The notes beneath the pieces were generated by a model. The model made no database searches, was not told the origin of the DNA, and was given only the letters and a program-made list of their open reading frames with translations. The translations under genes were made by a program, and so were the position numbers. A stretch of 64,000 nt of DNA from Stegostoma tigrinum (Eukaryota), in the NCBI RefSeq assembly GCF_030684315.1, contig NC_081397.1:12610421-12674420 (forward strand). Direction: 5' to 3'. Shown in pieces: positions 12,472-25,034 of the stretch; the first letter of the stretch is position 1; each line of letters opens with the position of its first letter.

Positions 12472-13438
12472 CCACAGACAGTAGGAACTGCCGATGCTGG
12501 AGAATCTGAGATAACACGGTGGGAAGCTGGATGAACACAGCAGGCCAAGCAGCATCAGAGGAGCAGGCAAGCTTGGCATTTCGGGTCAGGACCCTTCTTC
12601 AGAAATGGGGGAAGGGAAGGGGATTCTGAAATAAATAGGGAGACATGGGGGAGGTGGATAGAAGATGGATGAAGGTGAAGATAGGTTGAGAGGAGACAGA
12701 AAGTTCAAAGATAATGGGAACTGCAGATGCTGGAGAATCCATGATAACAAAGTGTGGAGCTGGATGAACACAGCAGGCCACACAGCATTTATGATGGTCA
12801 AAGAGGCGAGATTAGAGCCAGTGAAGGTGAATGTAGGTGGGGAGTTGGGGGGTGGGGGGATAGGCCAGTCCAGGAAGGACGGATAGGTCAGGGGGTGGGA
12901 TGGCGTTAGGGGGTAGGGGACGGAGAGGGGGAGAGGAATGGTTAGGGAGGCGAGGACTAGCTGGGCTGGTTTTGGCACGTGGTCGGGAAGGGGAGATTTT
13001 GAAGCTTGTGAAGTCCATGTTGATAACCTTGGGCTGCAGAGTTCCCAAGCAAAATATGAGACGCTGTTCCTGCATCTTTCGGGTGGCGATTTTGTGGCAA
13101 TGCAGGAGGCCCAGGATGGACATGTCGTCGCGCCTCCCTATCCATTCCTCCCATCTCAAGCCCCAACACAACCCATACCCACTAACTTCATGCCATCCCC
13201 CAACCTGTCCGTCCACCCTGGGCTGACCTATCCTCCCCTAACTCCCCACCTACATTCACCTTCACTGGCTCTAACCCCGCCTCTTTGACCTGTCTGTCTC
13301 CTCTCAACCTATCTTCTCCTTTATCCATCTTCTATCCCCCCCTCCCCGTGTCCCTATTTATTCCAGAATCCCCTTCCCCACTCCCATTCTGAAGAAGGGT
13401 TCCGACCCGAAACGTCAACCTTTCCCGCTCGGCCTGCT
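12472..13438. mobile_element. Penelope-like element 3' end (GIY-YIG C-terminus) with inverted pLTR copies
   Basis: Minus strand DMSILGLLHC...EQRLIFCLGTLQP..IN.DF; inverted arms; TGTGTTCTGAATTT duplicated at both ends. Confidence 0.8.
13389..13416 (+). ncRNA. Minimal type I hammerhead ribozyme core in a Penelope pLTR
   Basis: CUGAAGA-A-GGGU(UCCG)ACCC-GAAA-CG-UC: intact core, 4-bp stem II, palindromic ACGU stem III. Confidence 0.6.
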
Positions 13439-13586
13439 GTGTTCTGAATTTTCACTTTGTAGTGAGAGTGATGTCATTTGCAAACTTCTCTTATATGAAA
13501 CTTGAAAGGGAATGTTTACAGATGTGTATCTCAAATCAATTACCACACTGAGATCTGGCACCCACTTAATTCATCACGGCCTACAT

Positions 13587-13730
13587 GTGATAATGGGAAC
13601 TGCAGATGCTGGAGAATCCAAGATAATAAAATGTGAGGCTGGATGTACACAGCAGGCACAGCAGCATCTCAGGAGCACAACCTGAGATGCTGCTGGGCCT
13701 GCTGTGTTCATCCAGCCTCACATTTTATTG
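13587..13730. mobile_element. Short palindromic Penelope-derived insertion with 13-bp flanking duplication
   Basis: TCACGGCCTACAT at 13574-13586 and 13731-13743. Confidence 0.8.
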
Positions 13731-13949
13731 TCACGGCCTACATATGATGTAGCTTTGAGCTGAAATAAGAACTGTTTATAACCAGTTACACAGCGAGAAT
13801 ACAAAAAAATCCCACATTCATGAGTTATTTTCTTGTTTTAGAATTCCTACATTACATTTTATCTGCCACGCATGAGCTCATTCAGAAGTTGTCCAAATGA
13901 AAAATCACGCATTAGCCGATTCTGAGCAATTGGTCACAAACTCCTCTTA

Positions 13950-14270
13950 GGCATGAGCAAGATTGCCCCCTAAAAAGATGCCGGCGCGTCTGCGCCCTGC
14001 GGCCTCTCATTTCAAATCGAGATGGCGGCCATAAACCCTAAATTCTGGGAGTGGAAGAAAAACGGTTTCACTCGAAGGTCGTATTCGGATTTACGTCTTA
14101 GCCAACGTTTTTATGAAACTTTTCCGTCACCACCGTGTCCATCACTCTCTTCGTCATGCTGAATTGTGAACACTGCCAAAGACGGTAGGGAACCATATCA
14201 CCCTCGCCATTGCCTATCTCGCTCATGCTCCTGTCAGACTCAGTACGGCGCCTGTGCACTGTTTTCTGTC
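13950..14270 (-). promoter_or_regulatory. Diverged inverted paralog of the 15760-16130 CpG promoter/first exon
   Basis: Shared blocks TTGCCCCCTA, CTGCGCCCT, ATGGCGGCCAT (YY1-like), GAAGGTCGT, GGATTTAC and CTTTTCCGTC; donor GTAAG is CTAAG here. Confidence 0.6.
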
Positions 14271-14819
14271 CACATTATGAGGAGGTGCCGCTATTGGATG
14301 GGGTTTTGGGGGTGGCGGGGGGCGGTGTATAAGTAAATATACGATATTAGATTATAATCCACCTCTCTCTCTCTACCTCACACACACGTAATGGAATGCA
14401 TGTATGGAAAAAATTCGCATTTGCAGGTACATTCAATTTTGTTCAAAAAGCACATAATTTATGGACAGCCAGTCAATGGTGGCGTTTTATAAATAGCTGC
14501 TGAAGAAATAAAATCAGCCTGACTCCAAACCAAAACATAAACAGATTCTGAACAAGGTCTCACAACTAACATGCATTGTCCGACAAAAAATGTCACTTCT
14601 TGTAAAACCTTTTGTTCTCTCAGGGCAGTGACTTGACGGGAATTCGGGGATTTACACATATAGATTAATCAATTAAAACCTTATAACTGACTAAAGATTT
14701 AAAAGCATGTTAGGTTTGTTTAATAAATCCTCATCAGTAGTTTGAACCTTTGATCTTTGGTTCCCACTGCCAGGTATCCTGGGTACTTGAGTCGTGATTG
14801 ACTCTTAGACCTGCTGTAT

Positions 14820-14960
14820 TGGGAGGATCGGTTAGCTCAGCTGGGTGGACAACTGATTTCAGCATCTTGGGCTTTATATCCGCAATTTCTGAGCTTACCA
14901 TTGCTTTGCAACGTTCCTCTTGCCAGATTCTTGGTGACCTTCTTATTTAAGTGAGCAACC
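14820..14960 (+). mobile_element. Degenerate tRNA-derived SINE head
   Basis: GGATCGGTTAGCTCAGCTGG A-box-like start; no intact cloverleaf. Confidence 0.4.
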
Positions 14961-15059
14961 GTAAACTCCAGTTAGAATGTTATGCAATACAAAACGGAGC
15001 CAGAGGGAAAACAAAATACTTAAACAAAATAAAGAACTGCAGGTGCTGGAACTCTGAAA

Positions 15060-15350
15060 CAAAAAGCTCATGAATGTTGGACTTTTATCGTTCTCACTGT
15101 TTAACTGGTTAAACAGTTCTCCTTTTACCTACAAACTATGTAGGTCATGATGAATTAAGTGACACTGTCATATCTTAATGTAGTAATTGATTTGAGATAA
15201 AGTCTGTAAACTTTCCCTTTCAAGTTTCATATAAAAGGAGTTTGCAAATGACATCACTCTCAGTACGGGGTAGAAATTCAGAACACACTTTTTTCCTTTT
15301 AATTTTCCCCTCCTGCTGTCCCAAAGTTGTAAATGCTGGCCACACGCACT
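15060..15350 (-). repeat. Inverted copy of 12390-13830 (the latter split by two Penelope inserts)
   Basis: Reverse complement matches GTGTGGCCAGCATTTACAA, GAGAGTGATGTCATTTGCAAACT, TATATGAAACTTGAAAGGGAA and CACTTAATTCATCA. Confidence 0.8.
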
Positions 15351-15689
15351 TCCATTCCTCCTTGGGTTGAAATCCATCTGTCCTGTTTCCTTCCAAAATT
15401 CCCGGTTTTCTTCCTACTCCCATCTCTTCTGCTTCTCGCCATCACTGCAGTTCCTATCTGTTCATAGAAAATCAAACAAATGAGAGTTTGAGGCTTGCAA
15501 CGAATCCTGTGCAATTATACCAGGAACTAATCAGGCCATGCTTGGAATGCACTGAATGTTTATGCGTTTGTTTTGTGAGAAAACAAATTAGAATTGCAAA
15601 TATGCCCTTTACCCAAATGAAACATTAGAATTGGAAATCATGCAGTTAATTGAGCCAGTAGAACCCGTCAAATAACATCCTTTAAAGAG

Positions 15690-16130
15690 AACAGTCAATG
15701 GCGGCACAGCTACCCAGAATGCCAAAGAGCAGTAAATGTTCCCTAGTCACAGAACAGGAAAATGTGCGCAGGCGTAGTGCCATGTGTGACTGGACTTTGT
15801 GCAGGGTGACAGCGACGGTGGAGCGTTGTTTCAGGCGGCTCCTGGACCGTTAACAAACGGACAGAACGACGGGGCCGCTGCATTCAGCATATGGACGGAA
15901 AAGCTTCGTAAAGATGTTCGGTAAGCTGTAAATCCCAGCACGACCTTCTGATGCTTCCGTTTGTCGCCAATGCCGGAGTTTAAAGTTGAATTCATGGCCG
16001 CCATTTCGTTTGATAATGACGGGCGTTAGGGCGCAGGTGCAGCGGCAATGTTTGTTGGGGGAATGCACTTGAGGTGCCGCCATGTTTGTAGGGGGCAACT
16101 TTGTTCCTGACTGGAAGGAGTTTACCACCA
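15690..16130 (+). promoter_or_regulatory. CpG-rich promoter and non-coding first exon (donor at 15921), probably of the ZNF gene
   Basis: ZNF143-like CTACCCAGAATGC (~15710), NRF1-like TGCGCAGGCGTA (~15767), YY1-like GCCGCCAT (~15997, ~16076), CG|GTAAGC donor. Confidence 0.55.
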
Positions 16131-16199
16131 ATTGCTTACAATGAGGATAACTCTGATGCTGCTTGGCCTGCTGTGTTCATCCAGCTCTACACCTTGTTA

Positions 16200-16980
16200 T
16201 ACCAGTTTATTATCTGAATGGTTATGGATTTGAGAAGGGACACCAGCTTGTGAAGGTAAGCATGTATGCACAGCAGGCGGTGAAGATTGCAGATTGTATG
16301 TTAGCCCTCACAGTGAGATGATTTGAATACAGAAGCAAGACTATTGTGCTGGAGTTGCACAGGGTCATTGTGAGACTGAGGGAGCATCCAATAGAAATGT
16401 ATAAAATTTAGGGCCCTACAAGATAAATGCAGAAACGATGTTCCCAATGACTGGGGAGTCTAGAACCAAGGTTCAAGGTTGAAGGATGCAGCGTAGGACG
16501 AAAGACTAAGATGAGCACAAAGATCTTCACCCAGGGAGTGGTGAGCTTGTGGAATTCTCTCCCACGACAAATTGTTGAGGCCAAAACATAGGACTGAAAT
16601 GTTCAAAGAGAAAGAAGGAACAGGGTACTAAGTTGCATGTTTGGCCATGATCATTTAAATGTTGAAGCTGGAGGAAAGGGCTGAATGGCCTTCTCCTGGT
16701 GTTAGTTTCTCTGACTGTATTGATGAGGCATAAAGTAACAGGTGCGAGAACTATTCCCAACATCAACTGGGGTAGTCATAGTGTGAAAGATTTAGAGAAA
16801 GTGAAATTCTCAACATGCATCCACGGCAGCTTTTGAAGCCAGTATTAAGAAGATCCTACACGAGAGGGAATGGTACTGGACTGAGTTTTAGGTAATTGAA
16901 GCCGAGCAAGGAGTTGAAATATCAGTGAGGGAATCAGTTGTAGACATTGATCATAACTCTGTTAGATTCAAGATTGTCTT
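16200..16980 (+). mobile_element. Degenerate CR1 fragments (3' end plus endonuclease piece)
   Basis: CR1-like MFPMTGESRT and TTCACCCAGGGAGTGGTG; tail GAATGGCCTTCTCCTG. Confidence 0.65.
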
Positions 16981-17398
16981 GTACTGGACAAGTGGTGAGG
17001 TCGTTGTTTCTGACTGGCACAGCCTGAATGGGCTGAAGGGCCTTTTTCTTTGTGTGTGGACCTCTATGATTGTTATAACTTTTGTACTGTTATCAACCCC
17101 ACCCCACCCCCCACTCTGTCCTTTATTCACTTTGGAGCAATGCATTTCTTGAATGCTGCATTTCTTGAATGCAGCCTTGCAACTAAAATCCCCGATCCCT
17201 CAAACCGTTCTGATGAAGCCACCCGCTCATCCTTCAGAATGTGTGGGTAGTCACTGGTTTGTACAGACCCAGAATGCACTCTGTTTGTTGCTATGATGTC
17301 ATCACAAACTGACAATTGCACAGTGACATCACCCACTCCCTGGGGATTTCCTCAAATGTGGAATTTTTCTGACTCTGGCGTTTCTGATATCTTTACAG

Positions 17399-17448
17399 GT
17401 GCCGGCTCCAGCAGGAGATTTCCAAATTGCAGACGGTGAAATTGTTGA
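17399..17448 (+). other. Candidate 50-nt non-coding exon 2 of the ZNF gene
   Basis: TTTCTGATATCTTTACAG| acceptor and |GTGAGT donor; no ATG. Confidence 0.45.
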
Positions 17449-17754
17449 GTGAGTAACTTTGACCATTCTTTTACAATTTTGAGGTTTTCGGTGTGTGCCA
17501 GTTATCTGTGGAACGATGCATTACCTCTGGGGCTGGTGTAATTCCTTTACTGTGGATCTGAAGCCATGACCATCCATTACTGTGTGTCGCCTCTGTCCTC
17601 CCTGATCAGCTCTCTACCAATGTCTAACCTGCTCTGTTTAATGTTTGTGTTTGTTTGCTGAATGTCTGAAGTTTCTGTCATTGCCCATCATCCAAGTGTG
17701 CACTTCTGACTTACCAGCTCCATCTTCCCTCGGTACTTTTCACCGTCAGGAATT

Positions 17755-19100
17755 GTAGAGTCATAGAATCATACAGTTTAGAAGAGGCACTTTGATCCAT
17801 CAAGTCTGCACCAAAAAAAACCTAATTTACACTGTTCCCACTTTGCAGTACTTGGCCCATTGTTTTATAAGTTGTGATGTTTCAAGTGCTCAGCTAAATA
17901 CGTTTTTAAAGGTTGTGAAGTTTCCTGTTTCACTTACCCTCCCAGCTGTTGTATTCCAAATACCCACCACCTTCTGAATGAAAAAAACATAAACTTCATC
18001 AAATTCCATCAATCTTCTGTCTTTCCCCTTTTAAATGATGTCCTATTGACCCTTCAATTAAACGGGAACAGATGCTTCCTATCCACCCTCTCTATGACCC
18101 TCATAACCTTACAGCAACAGGAGTAGGCCATCCGTCCCTGAAGCCTGTTCCATTGTTCAATGCTGATCTGTCACCTAACACTGTAAAAGTACCTTTAGCC
18201 CATAGGATTGAGTTACAGTGAGTTATAGAGTAATACAGCAAAGAAACAGGCCCTTCGGTCCCCGTGTTGAAACTGACCACCAAACTTGAAACTACATTAA
18301 TCCCATTTACCTGCACTTGGTCAATAGACTACTCTGTTCTGGCTTTTTAAGTGTTGATTCAGATGCTTTTTAAATGTTGTGAGAGTACTCGCCTCCATCA
18401 CCATCTCAGCCCGTGCGTTCCATATTCCTACCGCTCTCTGGGTGAATTCTTTTCTTCCCCTTAGATCTTGTCAAAACTACTTATTGTTCTCCTTAAACCT
18501 ATGCCCACTGGTCTTAGACATGTCTGCGATGGGGAAAAGGTTGTCATGATCTGCATTGTCTCTAACTCTCAGAATTATGTACACCTGAAACCTCCCAAAT
18601 GCATGACCACACAGCCCCCTCTGCCCAATTTACCAGTTGATCAATATCAGACTGTAGCTTGAGAGCATCCTCCTCACTATCACCAATGAGACTGCTTTTC
18701 CTGTCAGCTGCATGTCTGTCTGATAATGTGGTGACCAGGATTGTATACAGTACTCTAGCTGTGGTCTGACCAAAATTCTGTACAGCTTCAACATAACCTC
18801 CCTGCCCTTATACTCCGTGCCTCGACTGATGAAGTTAACGTCGATGTAGAACAATAGAGATGTACAGCATGGAAACAGACACTTTGGTCACACTCTGTCA
18901 TGCTGTCCAGATATTCTTAATTATTCAAGTCCCATTTGCCAGCATTTGGCCCATATCCCTCTCAACTATTGCTATTCATGTACCCATCCAGATGCCTTTT
19001 AATTGTTGTAATTGTACCAGCCTTCACCACTTATTCTAGCAGCTCATTCTGTGCACCTAGCACTCTCTGCATGAACATGTTGCTCCTCAGGTCCCTTTGA
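17755..19100 (-). mobile_element. Cluster of several CR1 3'-end fragments
   Basis: Repeated CR1 tails (gtcatagaatcatacag, tagagatgtacagcatggaaacag); ORF 18630..18854 LYRILVRPQLEYC. Confidence 0.7.
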
Positions 19101-19104
19101 AATC

Positions 19105-19680
19105 AATCCTTGATGGGATGCCTGGTAACTTGCCAAGCTGGACCCAAAATTGGCTCAGTGCTGGGAAACAGAGGGCGATGGTAGAAGGCAGTTTGTGTGA
19201 CTGGAATGCAGTGTGCAGTGACATCCCACAGGGATCAGTGTGTTTTTGTGATATTTGTACGTGAAGTAGATAAGACTTGAGAGAGATGATGACTAAGTTT
19301 GTGAATGACACTAAAATTAGTCAGGTGTTTGACAGTGAGGAGACAGGTGTTGGGTGACTGGAACATATGAACAGATTGGTCAGAAGGCAGAATAGTGGCA
19401 GTTGCAGTTTAACCCTGATAAATGGGAGGTGATGCACTTTGGCAGAAGGAACAAGACAAGGGTGTACTCAATGAATGGCAAAACGTTAGGAAGCTCAAAC
19501 GAGCAAAAGGTTCACATGTGCTTGTCTGCATATTCCTGAGGGTGGCAAGACAGGTCAATTCATGCAGTTAAGAACATATAAGGGATGCTTCCCTTTATTG
19601 ATCATTGCATAGATTCCAAGAGCAGGGTGTTATGAAGCAGGGGTAGGTCGAACGTTTGGATAATTAACCCAAAACTCAAG
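19105..19680 (+). mobile_element. CR1 RT fragment
   Basis: Degenerate PQGSV, KF.NDTKL and WQLQFNPDK motifs. Confidence 0.65.
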
Positions 19681-19691
19681 CCCCAATCTGT

Positions 19692-20433
19692 TGTTATGGG
19701 AGTAGAGGTTCCTTTCTAATGGTGACCTTAACACACAGGGAAGCTTGCTGTTAGAAGAATGGTTTAAAAAAAAATCCCTGATCCCCACTGTATAAGTCAC
19801 AAGTAAAAGTAACAATTTATTTATTTAGCCCTAACAATGATGAAATGAACAGAATTACTGACAAACAGAAAAACCTTTGCCCCCACCATCCCCACCCCAA
19901 CCCAACCCAACCCAACCCACCCCACCCCACCCCAACCGACCAGGCACAATCTATTCCCTAACTGAACTGAATTCTCCTGGCATGCTGTCCAAATAAACAC
20001 AAGTCCCACGTATTATAAGCCCAATTAATAAGAATAATAAATTAAAACATAATCTCTCCCAGTTCACATAGAATGTGTCTCTGAAACGCTCTTCCTTCTG
20101 TTTGTCTCATGCCATAAACACTCCTATTCCACTGATTCTGCTGTCAGGGATGTTTTCTCAGTGAAGACTCTTGCTGGAAGTGCCGTCGTGAGACCTTTAG
20201 TGGATAGGATGGTGCTTTCACACAGAACTTAGTGATTTCTTGTGTGAGCTGGGTGCATGTGAGCTCAAATGGCAGTTAGCTCTCACACCTTTCAGATGGC
20301 CATTGGCTCTCTGCCGAATTTCCAGTTGTCCTCTTCCAATTGTCCCTTGATGACCCGTCCATTTTCTTACAATTGCATTGGCTGCTCGGGTTCTGAATTG
20401 CTGCTCCCAGCTCATAGCCAAAACATCATAACA
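19692..20433 (-). mobile_element. Solo LTR, related to 48118-49108
   Basis: TGTTATG...CATAACA inverted termini; AATAAA on - strand (~19817); shared ATGGCA.TTAGCTCTC and TTTCTTACAAT blocks; TSD not evident. Confidence 0.55.
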
Positions 20434-21419
20434 AGCCTAAGAATTCCAATTATGCAGCCAATCAGTACATGCTTCCATTTTTGGTACTGCCTGAAATCTG
20501 CAACTATTTAGAGACCCATCTTCTGTATAAATCTCCAATCTTAGAAAAGCACTCTATCTTTCTTGTAACTTGCACTCTGTTAACATTAACCGATTCTCTA
20601 TCCTCAGATACTGCCCGACCTGTTGTGATTTTTCAGCATTTTCTGTTTATTTCAGACTTGCAGCAGCAGCGACAGTATTTTGCTGCTCTTTTGATGATAA
20701 GCCCATAAGACAGAGGAGCAGAACCAGAGTCTGCAGAGTCAGTCATGGCTGATACATTTCTCAACCCCATCTAGGCCTTCCTCCCAGAACCAAGTCAAGA
20801 AACACACATGGATGAATTAAAAGGCCATTTCTAACAGGGTGGGTGGTGGTCATATTGTGGCCTATTGGTTCCTATTAATTGAGTCACACAAAGTCACTGA
20901 TTACCATGGAGAAGGAGGCTGCTCTATCCATTGTGCCTGTGCTGGCCTTTCCCCAAAAGCAAATCAGCGATTCCTGTTATTTGCCTTTTTCTTTCCTCTT
21001 CAGGGGCTTATTCCAGTTAGCTTTTGTAAGTCTTTGCTGTATCGGATTGAGCTGGAGTGGTGATGGAGGAGAAGTGGCTGAGTTTACCCTGAGTCCTTTC
21101 AAAGCCAGCTGGGCCCTACACTTTCCAGCGTGAGGTTGTCAAAGGGAGCTGGACTCTATGGAAGATCGGGTGGCTTAAAAAAAAACACTCCAGACGGTGT
21201 ATAACAAAAGAAGTGGCTTGGCGAACAAATATTCTGCAGTTGTTGTAGAAACATCGGTGTTAACTTTCCAAAATGCATTAGATTCTGGAAAGTTTCTGTC
21301 TCACTGCAAAATAGCAGATAAAACCTCTGTATTGAAGAGGCGAGGAAGGCAGACAACAGGAAACTACAGGCCAGTTAGGGTGACCTGTCATGGAGGGAAT
21401 GAGAATCAATTATTTGGTG

Positions 21420-21720
21420 GTATATCACCAGAATATTAATCTGGGGACCTGGGTTCAGATCCTGCCATGGCAGGTGGTAGAACTTGAATAAAACTCTGGC
21501 TTTAAGTTGAACGATGGTCAAGAATCCATTGTTGATTTTTAGGAACAAAACATCTGGTTCACTCAGGTCCACTGGGGAAGAAAGCTGCCATCCTGAATGG
21601 GTCTGGTTTACGTGTCCAGACCCACAGCAATGTTGACTGTTAACTGCCTTCTGGGCAGTTTATGGATGACAGTGAATGCTGGCCTAGCCAGTGCCGCCCA
21701 ACACCTCTGCATGAATTTGA
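21420..21720 (+). mobile_element. tRNA-derived SINE with LINE-derived tail
   Basis: GGGACCTGGGTTCAGATCC B-box and tail AATGCTGGCCTAGCCAGT; related copies at 37290-37630 (-) and 53205-53890 (+, split). Confidence 0.6.
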
Positions 21721-23600
21721 AACAAAAACCTGAAGATATAAAAGTGAACAAAAGGATTTAAATGCATTTAGAAAGGTAAGGACTGATTAGGGAGAGTCAG
21801 CATGGCTTTGTGCATGAGTAATCGTGTCTCAGTCTGTCGGTTGTGTTTTTTTTTTGAAAATGTGGCAAAGAAGATTGAAGGCCGGGCGGTAGACATTGTG
21901 TATATGGACTTCAGCAAAACACTTGACAAGGTTCTGCATGGTAGACTGGTTAGCAAGGTTAGATCATATGGAATACAGGAAGCACTAGCCAGTTGGAATC
22001 AAATATGGATTCAGAGTAGGAAACAGAGGGGTGTGGTGGAGGGTTGTCTTTTGAACTGGAGGCCTGTGACCAGGTGGTGTGCCATAAGAATCAGTTCTGG
22101 GTCCACTGCTTTTTGTAATTATCCAAATGATTTGCATGTGACGGTATAGTTCATAGGTTTGCAGATGACACCAACATTGGTGGTGTATGGACAGTGAGGA
22201 AGGTGATCTTCACTGAGTAGTTTGGGATTTTGATCAGTGGGCTGAGGAGTGGCAGATGGAGTTCAGACAAATGAGAGGTGTTGCATTTCAACAATGAAAA
22301 TCAGGGCAGGATTTAGACAGTTAATGGGAGGGCCCATGGGAGTGTAGCCGGACAAGGGGATTAGGGGTGCAGGTGCAAAGTCCCTTGAAAGCGGAGTTGC
22401 AGGTGGACAGGGTGGTGAAGAAGGCATTTGGTACGCTCGCCTTCATTTGTCACTGCATTGAGTTATTGGAGTTGGGATGTCATATTGCGACTGTACAGGA
22501 CATAGTTAGAATACTGTATTCTGTTCAGGTCTCCCTGCTATGGGAAAGAAGTTGTGAATCCTGAAAGTGTTCAGAGATGATTCACAGGGATATTGCCGGT
22601 ATTGGAGGGTTTGGGCTGTGGGTTGGGGCTGGAAAGGATGGGGCTTTTCTTCCCTGGAGCAGTGGAGGTTGAGTTGTGAGGCTTGCCGCATCAACGGCCG
22701 TCCCAGGCAGTGCATTCCAGACTTGCACCACCCTTTAGGTGAAAAATGTTTTCCTCCATTCCCCTGTAAAATTCTTGCCTTTCACTGCAAAATGATGCCC
22801 AGTGTTATTCACCCTTCAACTAAGGGAACAATTACTTCTTTGTGTTTCTCCAATTTAGTGGAATTCTTTGAGGAGTGACATGTGCTGTGGATAAAGGGAG
22901 CCTGATGATCTCTTGTTCTTGGCTTTCCTGAAGGCATTTCACAAGGTACCATGGAAAAGGTGACTGTTTTGAGTGGGAGCTACTAGTTTAGTGGTACATA
23001 CCGGCCTGGATACTGGATTGGCTGGATGATAGAAAACCGAGAATATCCATAAATGGGTGTGTTTCAGATTGTCAGAATGTGATGAGTGGGGAGCCACAGG
23101 GCTCTGCTGAACCTAAACCTTTTGCAGTTTATATCAGTGACTTGGACGCGGGAAATGAAGTCGTGGTAGGTACACTTTGTGTTGCTACAAAGCTATCAGG
23201 AAAGGTGGCTGTGAAGACTTAATTTCCCGACATCAGTTTGCAGCCTTTTTGAATGAATATTTCAGGTGATCTATGATATAACAAAATGTGAAATTGTTTG
23301 CTTGAGGGGAAAAATGAGAAAAGAAGACAGGTGCAGAATCTTTTGGGGTTTAGATATCAAGGGGATCTGGTGTGAAATACACAAAAGATTGGGATATAAT
23401 TAACAAGTGAAGATGAAGGCTCATGGAATGTTCTTGTTTATCACAAGTGAAATCGAATAGAAAAGTAAGGATTTGATAATTCAGTTGTACAGGGAATAAG
23501 TGAAACTTCACCTCCATGACTATGTGCCGTTTTGGTCTCATTATTGAAGGAAGGATGTAAATGCGGTGGAGATTCAGTAGACTGATACCTGAATGAGTGG

Positions 23601-23788
23601 AGATAGTAGGAACTGCAGATGCTGGAGAATCTGAGATATCATGGTGTAGAGCTGGATGAACACAGAAGGCCAAGCAGCATGAGAGGAGCTGGAAGACTGA
23701 TGAAGGGTCGAGGACTGAAATGTCAGCCTTCCTGCTCCTCTGATGCTGCTTAGCATGCTGTGTCCATTGAGCTCTGCACCTTGTTATC
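23601..23788. mobile_element. Short palindromic Penelope-derived insertion with 13-bp flanking duplication
   Basis: CCTGAATGAGTGG at 23588-23600 and 23789-23801; CTGATGAAGGGTC...GAAATGTC hammerhead-like core. Confidence 0.8.
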
Positions 23789-24044
23789 CCTGAATGAGTG
23801 GGTTGTCTTCTGAGGATATTTTGGACAGCATGGGGAATGCTCACGTGTTCAGAAGAGTGAGGTGTGACTTGCCTCATGTTTAATATCCTGAATGGGTTTT
23901 GACAAGGTGAATGTGGACATATTTTCTCCTCCGGCTAAGTCCAGAATGGGGGAAGACTGCTTTATCATGAGAGGAGTTCTTTATACAAGATTAGTGTGAC
24001 TTTGGAACCCTCTGCCTCAAAAGACAGTCGAGACTGGATCATTG

Positions 24045-24179
24045 TGTGGAGCTGGATGAACACAGCAGGCCAAGCAGCATCTTAGGAGCACAAAAGCTGA
24101 TGTTTCGGGCCTCGACCCTTCATCCAGCTCCACACTTTGTTACCTCGGATTCTCCAGCATCTGCAGTTCCCAGTATCTC
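24045..24179. mobile_element. Short Penelope-derived insertion with 16-bp flanking duplication
   Basis: CGAGACTGGATCATTG at 24029-24044 and 24180-24195. Confidence 0.8.
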
Positions 24180-24563
24180 CGAGACTGGATCATTGAACAT
24201 TTTTAAGGCAGAGGTGGGCAGATACTTGTTCAGCCAGGGAATCAAAACTTATTGGGTGTAGCTAGAGATTCAAAACATGATCTTATCGGTCATCATCGTA
24301 TTGAATGATGGAGCAGGCGGGACGGCCCGATAGTTTATATGTTAGCTGTTGTGTTCATACATTTGACACGGAGCCAAATGCGATACCAGGACAGATGCAT
24401 GACTTTGTATTTTTATGGGGAGACTCTCACTTCCATTAATTCTGTTCTAAATCAATTCCACAGGATATTGGAAGGAGAGGATTTACAGTCGGGGAAACTG
24501 CAACCGATCAGGATTTCAGTGTGGCCCAATTTGGTGTAACCTGAATCTCATTGGGTTTTGAAC

Positions 24564-25034
24564 ATGGAAGGAGAATACACTGTTGACAGCGGTCAGAAAC
24601 TGTACATGTGTGATGTGTGTGCACGAGCATTCAGCCGATCATCTGACCTCTCGAAACATAAACGGAGTCACAAGGAGAAACTGTGGAAATGTGGGGACTG
24701 TGGGAATGGATTCAGATCCTCGACTGAACTGGAAATTCATCGGCGCAGTCACACTGGGGAGAAACCATTCTCCTGCTCTGAATGTGGCAAGGGATTCAGT
24801 CAGAAATCCCACCTGCTGAGACACCAGCGAGTTCACACTGGGGAGAGACCATTCTCCTGCTCTGAGTGTGGGCAGGGATTCACTAATTCCTCCAACCTGC
24901 TGATACACCAGCGAGTTCACACTGGGGAGAGGCCGTTCATCTGCTGTACGTGCGGCAAGGGATTCACTTTGGCTTCCAGCCTCCAGACTCATCAACAAAT
25001 TCACACTGGGGAGAGGCCATTCACCAGCTCCTAG
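24564..25034 (+). CDS. C2H2 zinc-finger protein, 5 intact fingers; exon acceptor at 24463/24464
   Basis: CxxC-x12-HxxxH repeats with TGEKPF/TGERPF linkers; first in-frame ATG at 24564; TAG inside a sixth finger; decayed fingers continue to ~25290. Confidence 0.8.
   Translation: MEGEYTVDSGQKLYMCDVCARAFSRSSDLSKHKRSHKEKLWKCGDCGNGFRSSTELEIHRRSHTGEKPFSCSECGKGFSQKSHLLRHQRVHTGERPFSCSECGQGFTNSSNLLIHQRVHTGERPFICCTCGKGFTLASSLQTHQQIHTGERPFTSS

Larger units (their letters stand above)
21130..24330 (+). mobile_element. Degenerate CR1 ORF2 fragments (RT to tail), containing a SINE and two Penelope inserts
   Basis: ORF 21802..22149 (VDIVYMDFSK.LDKV.HGRLV.K); FADDT at ~22160; second RT run from ~22850. Confidence 0.75.

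Noticed and set aside
14820-14900. tRNA gene
   Set aside because: A-box-like start only, no cloverleaf or Pol III terminator; treated as a SINE head, as at 1620-1680 and 21420-21470
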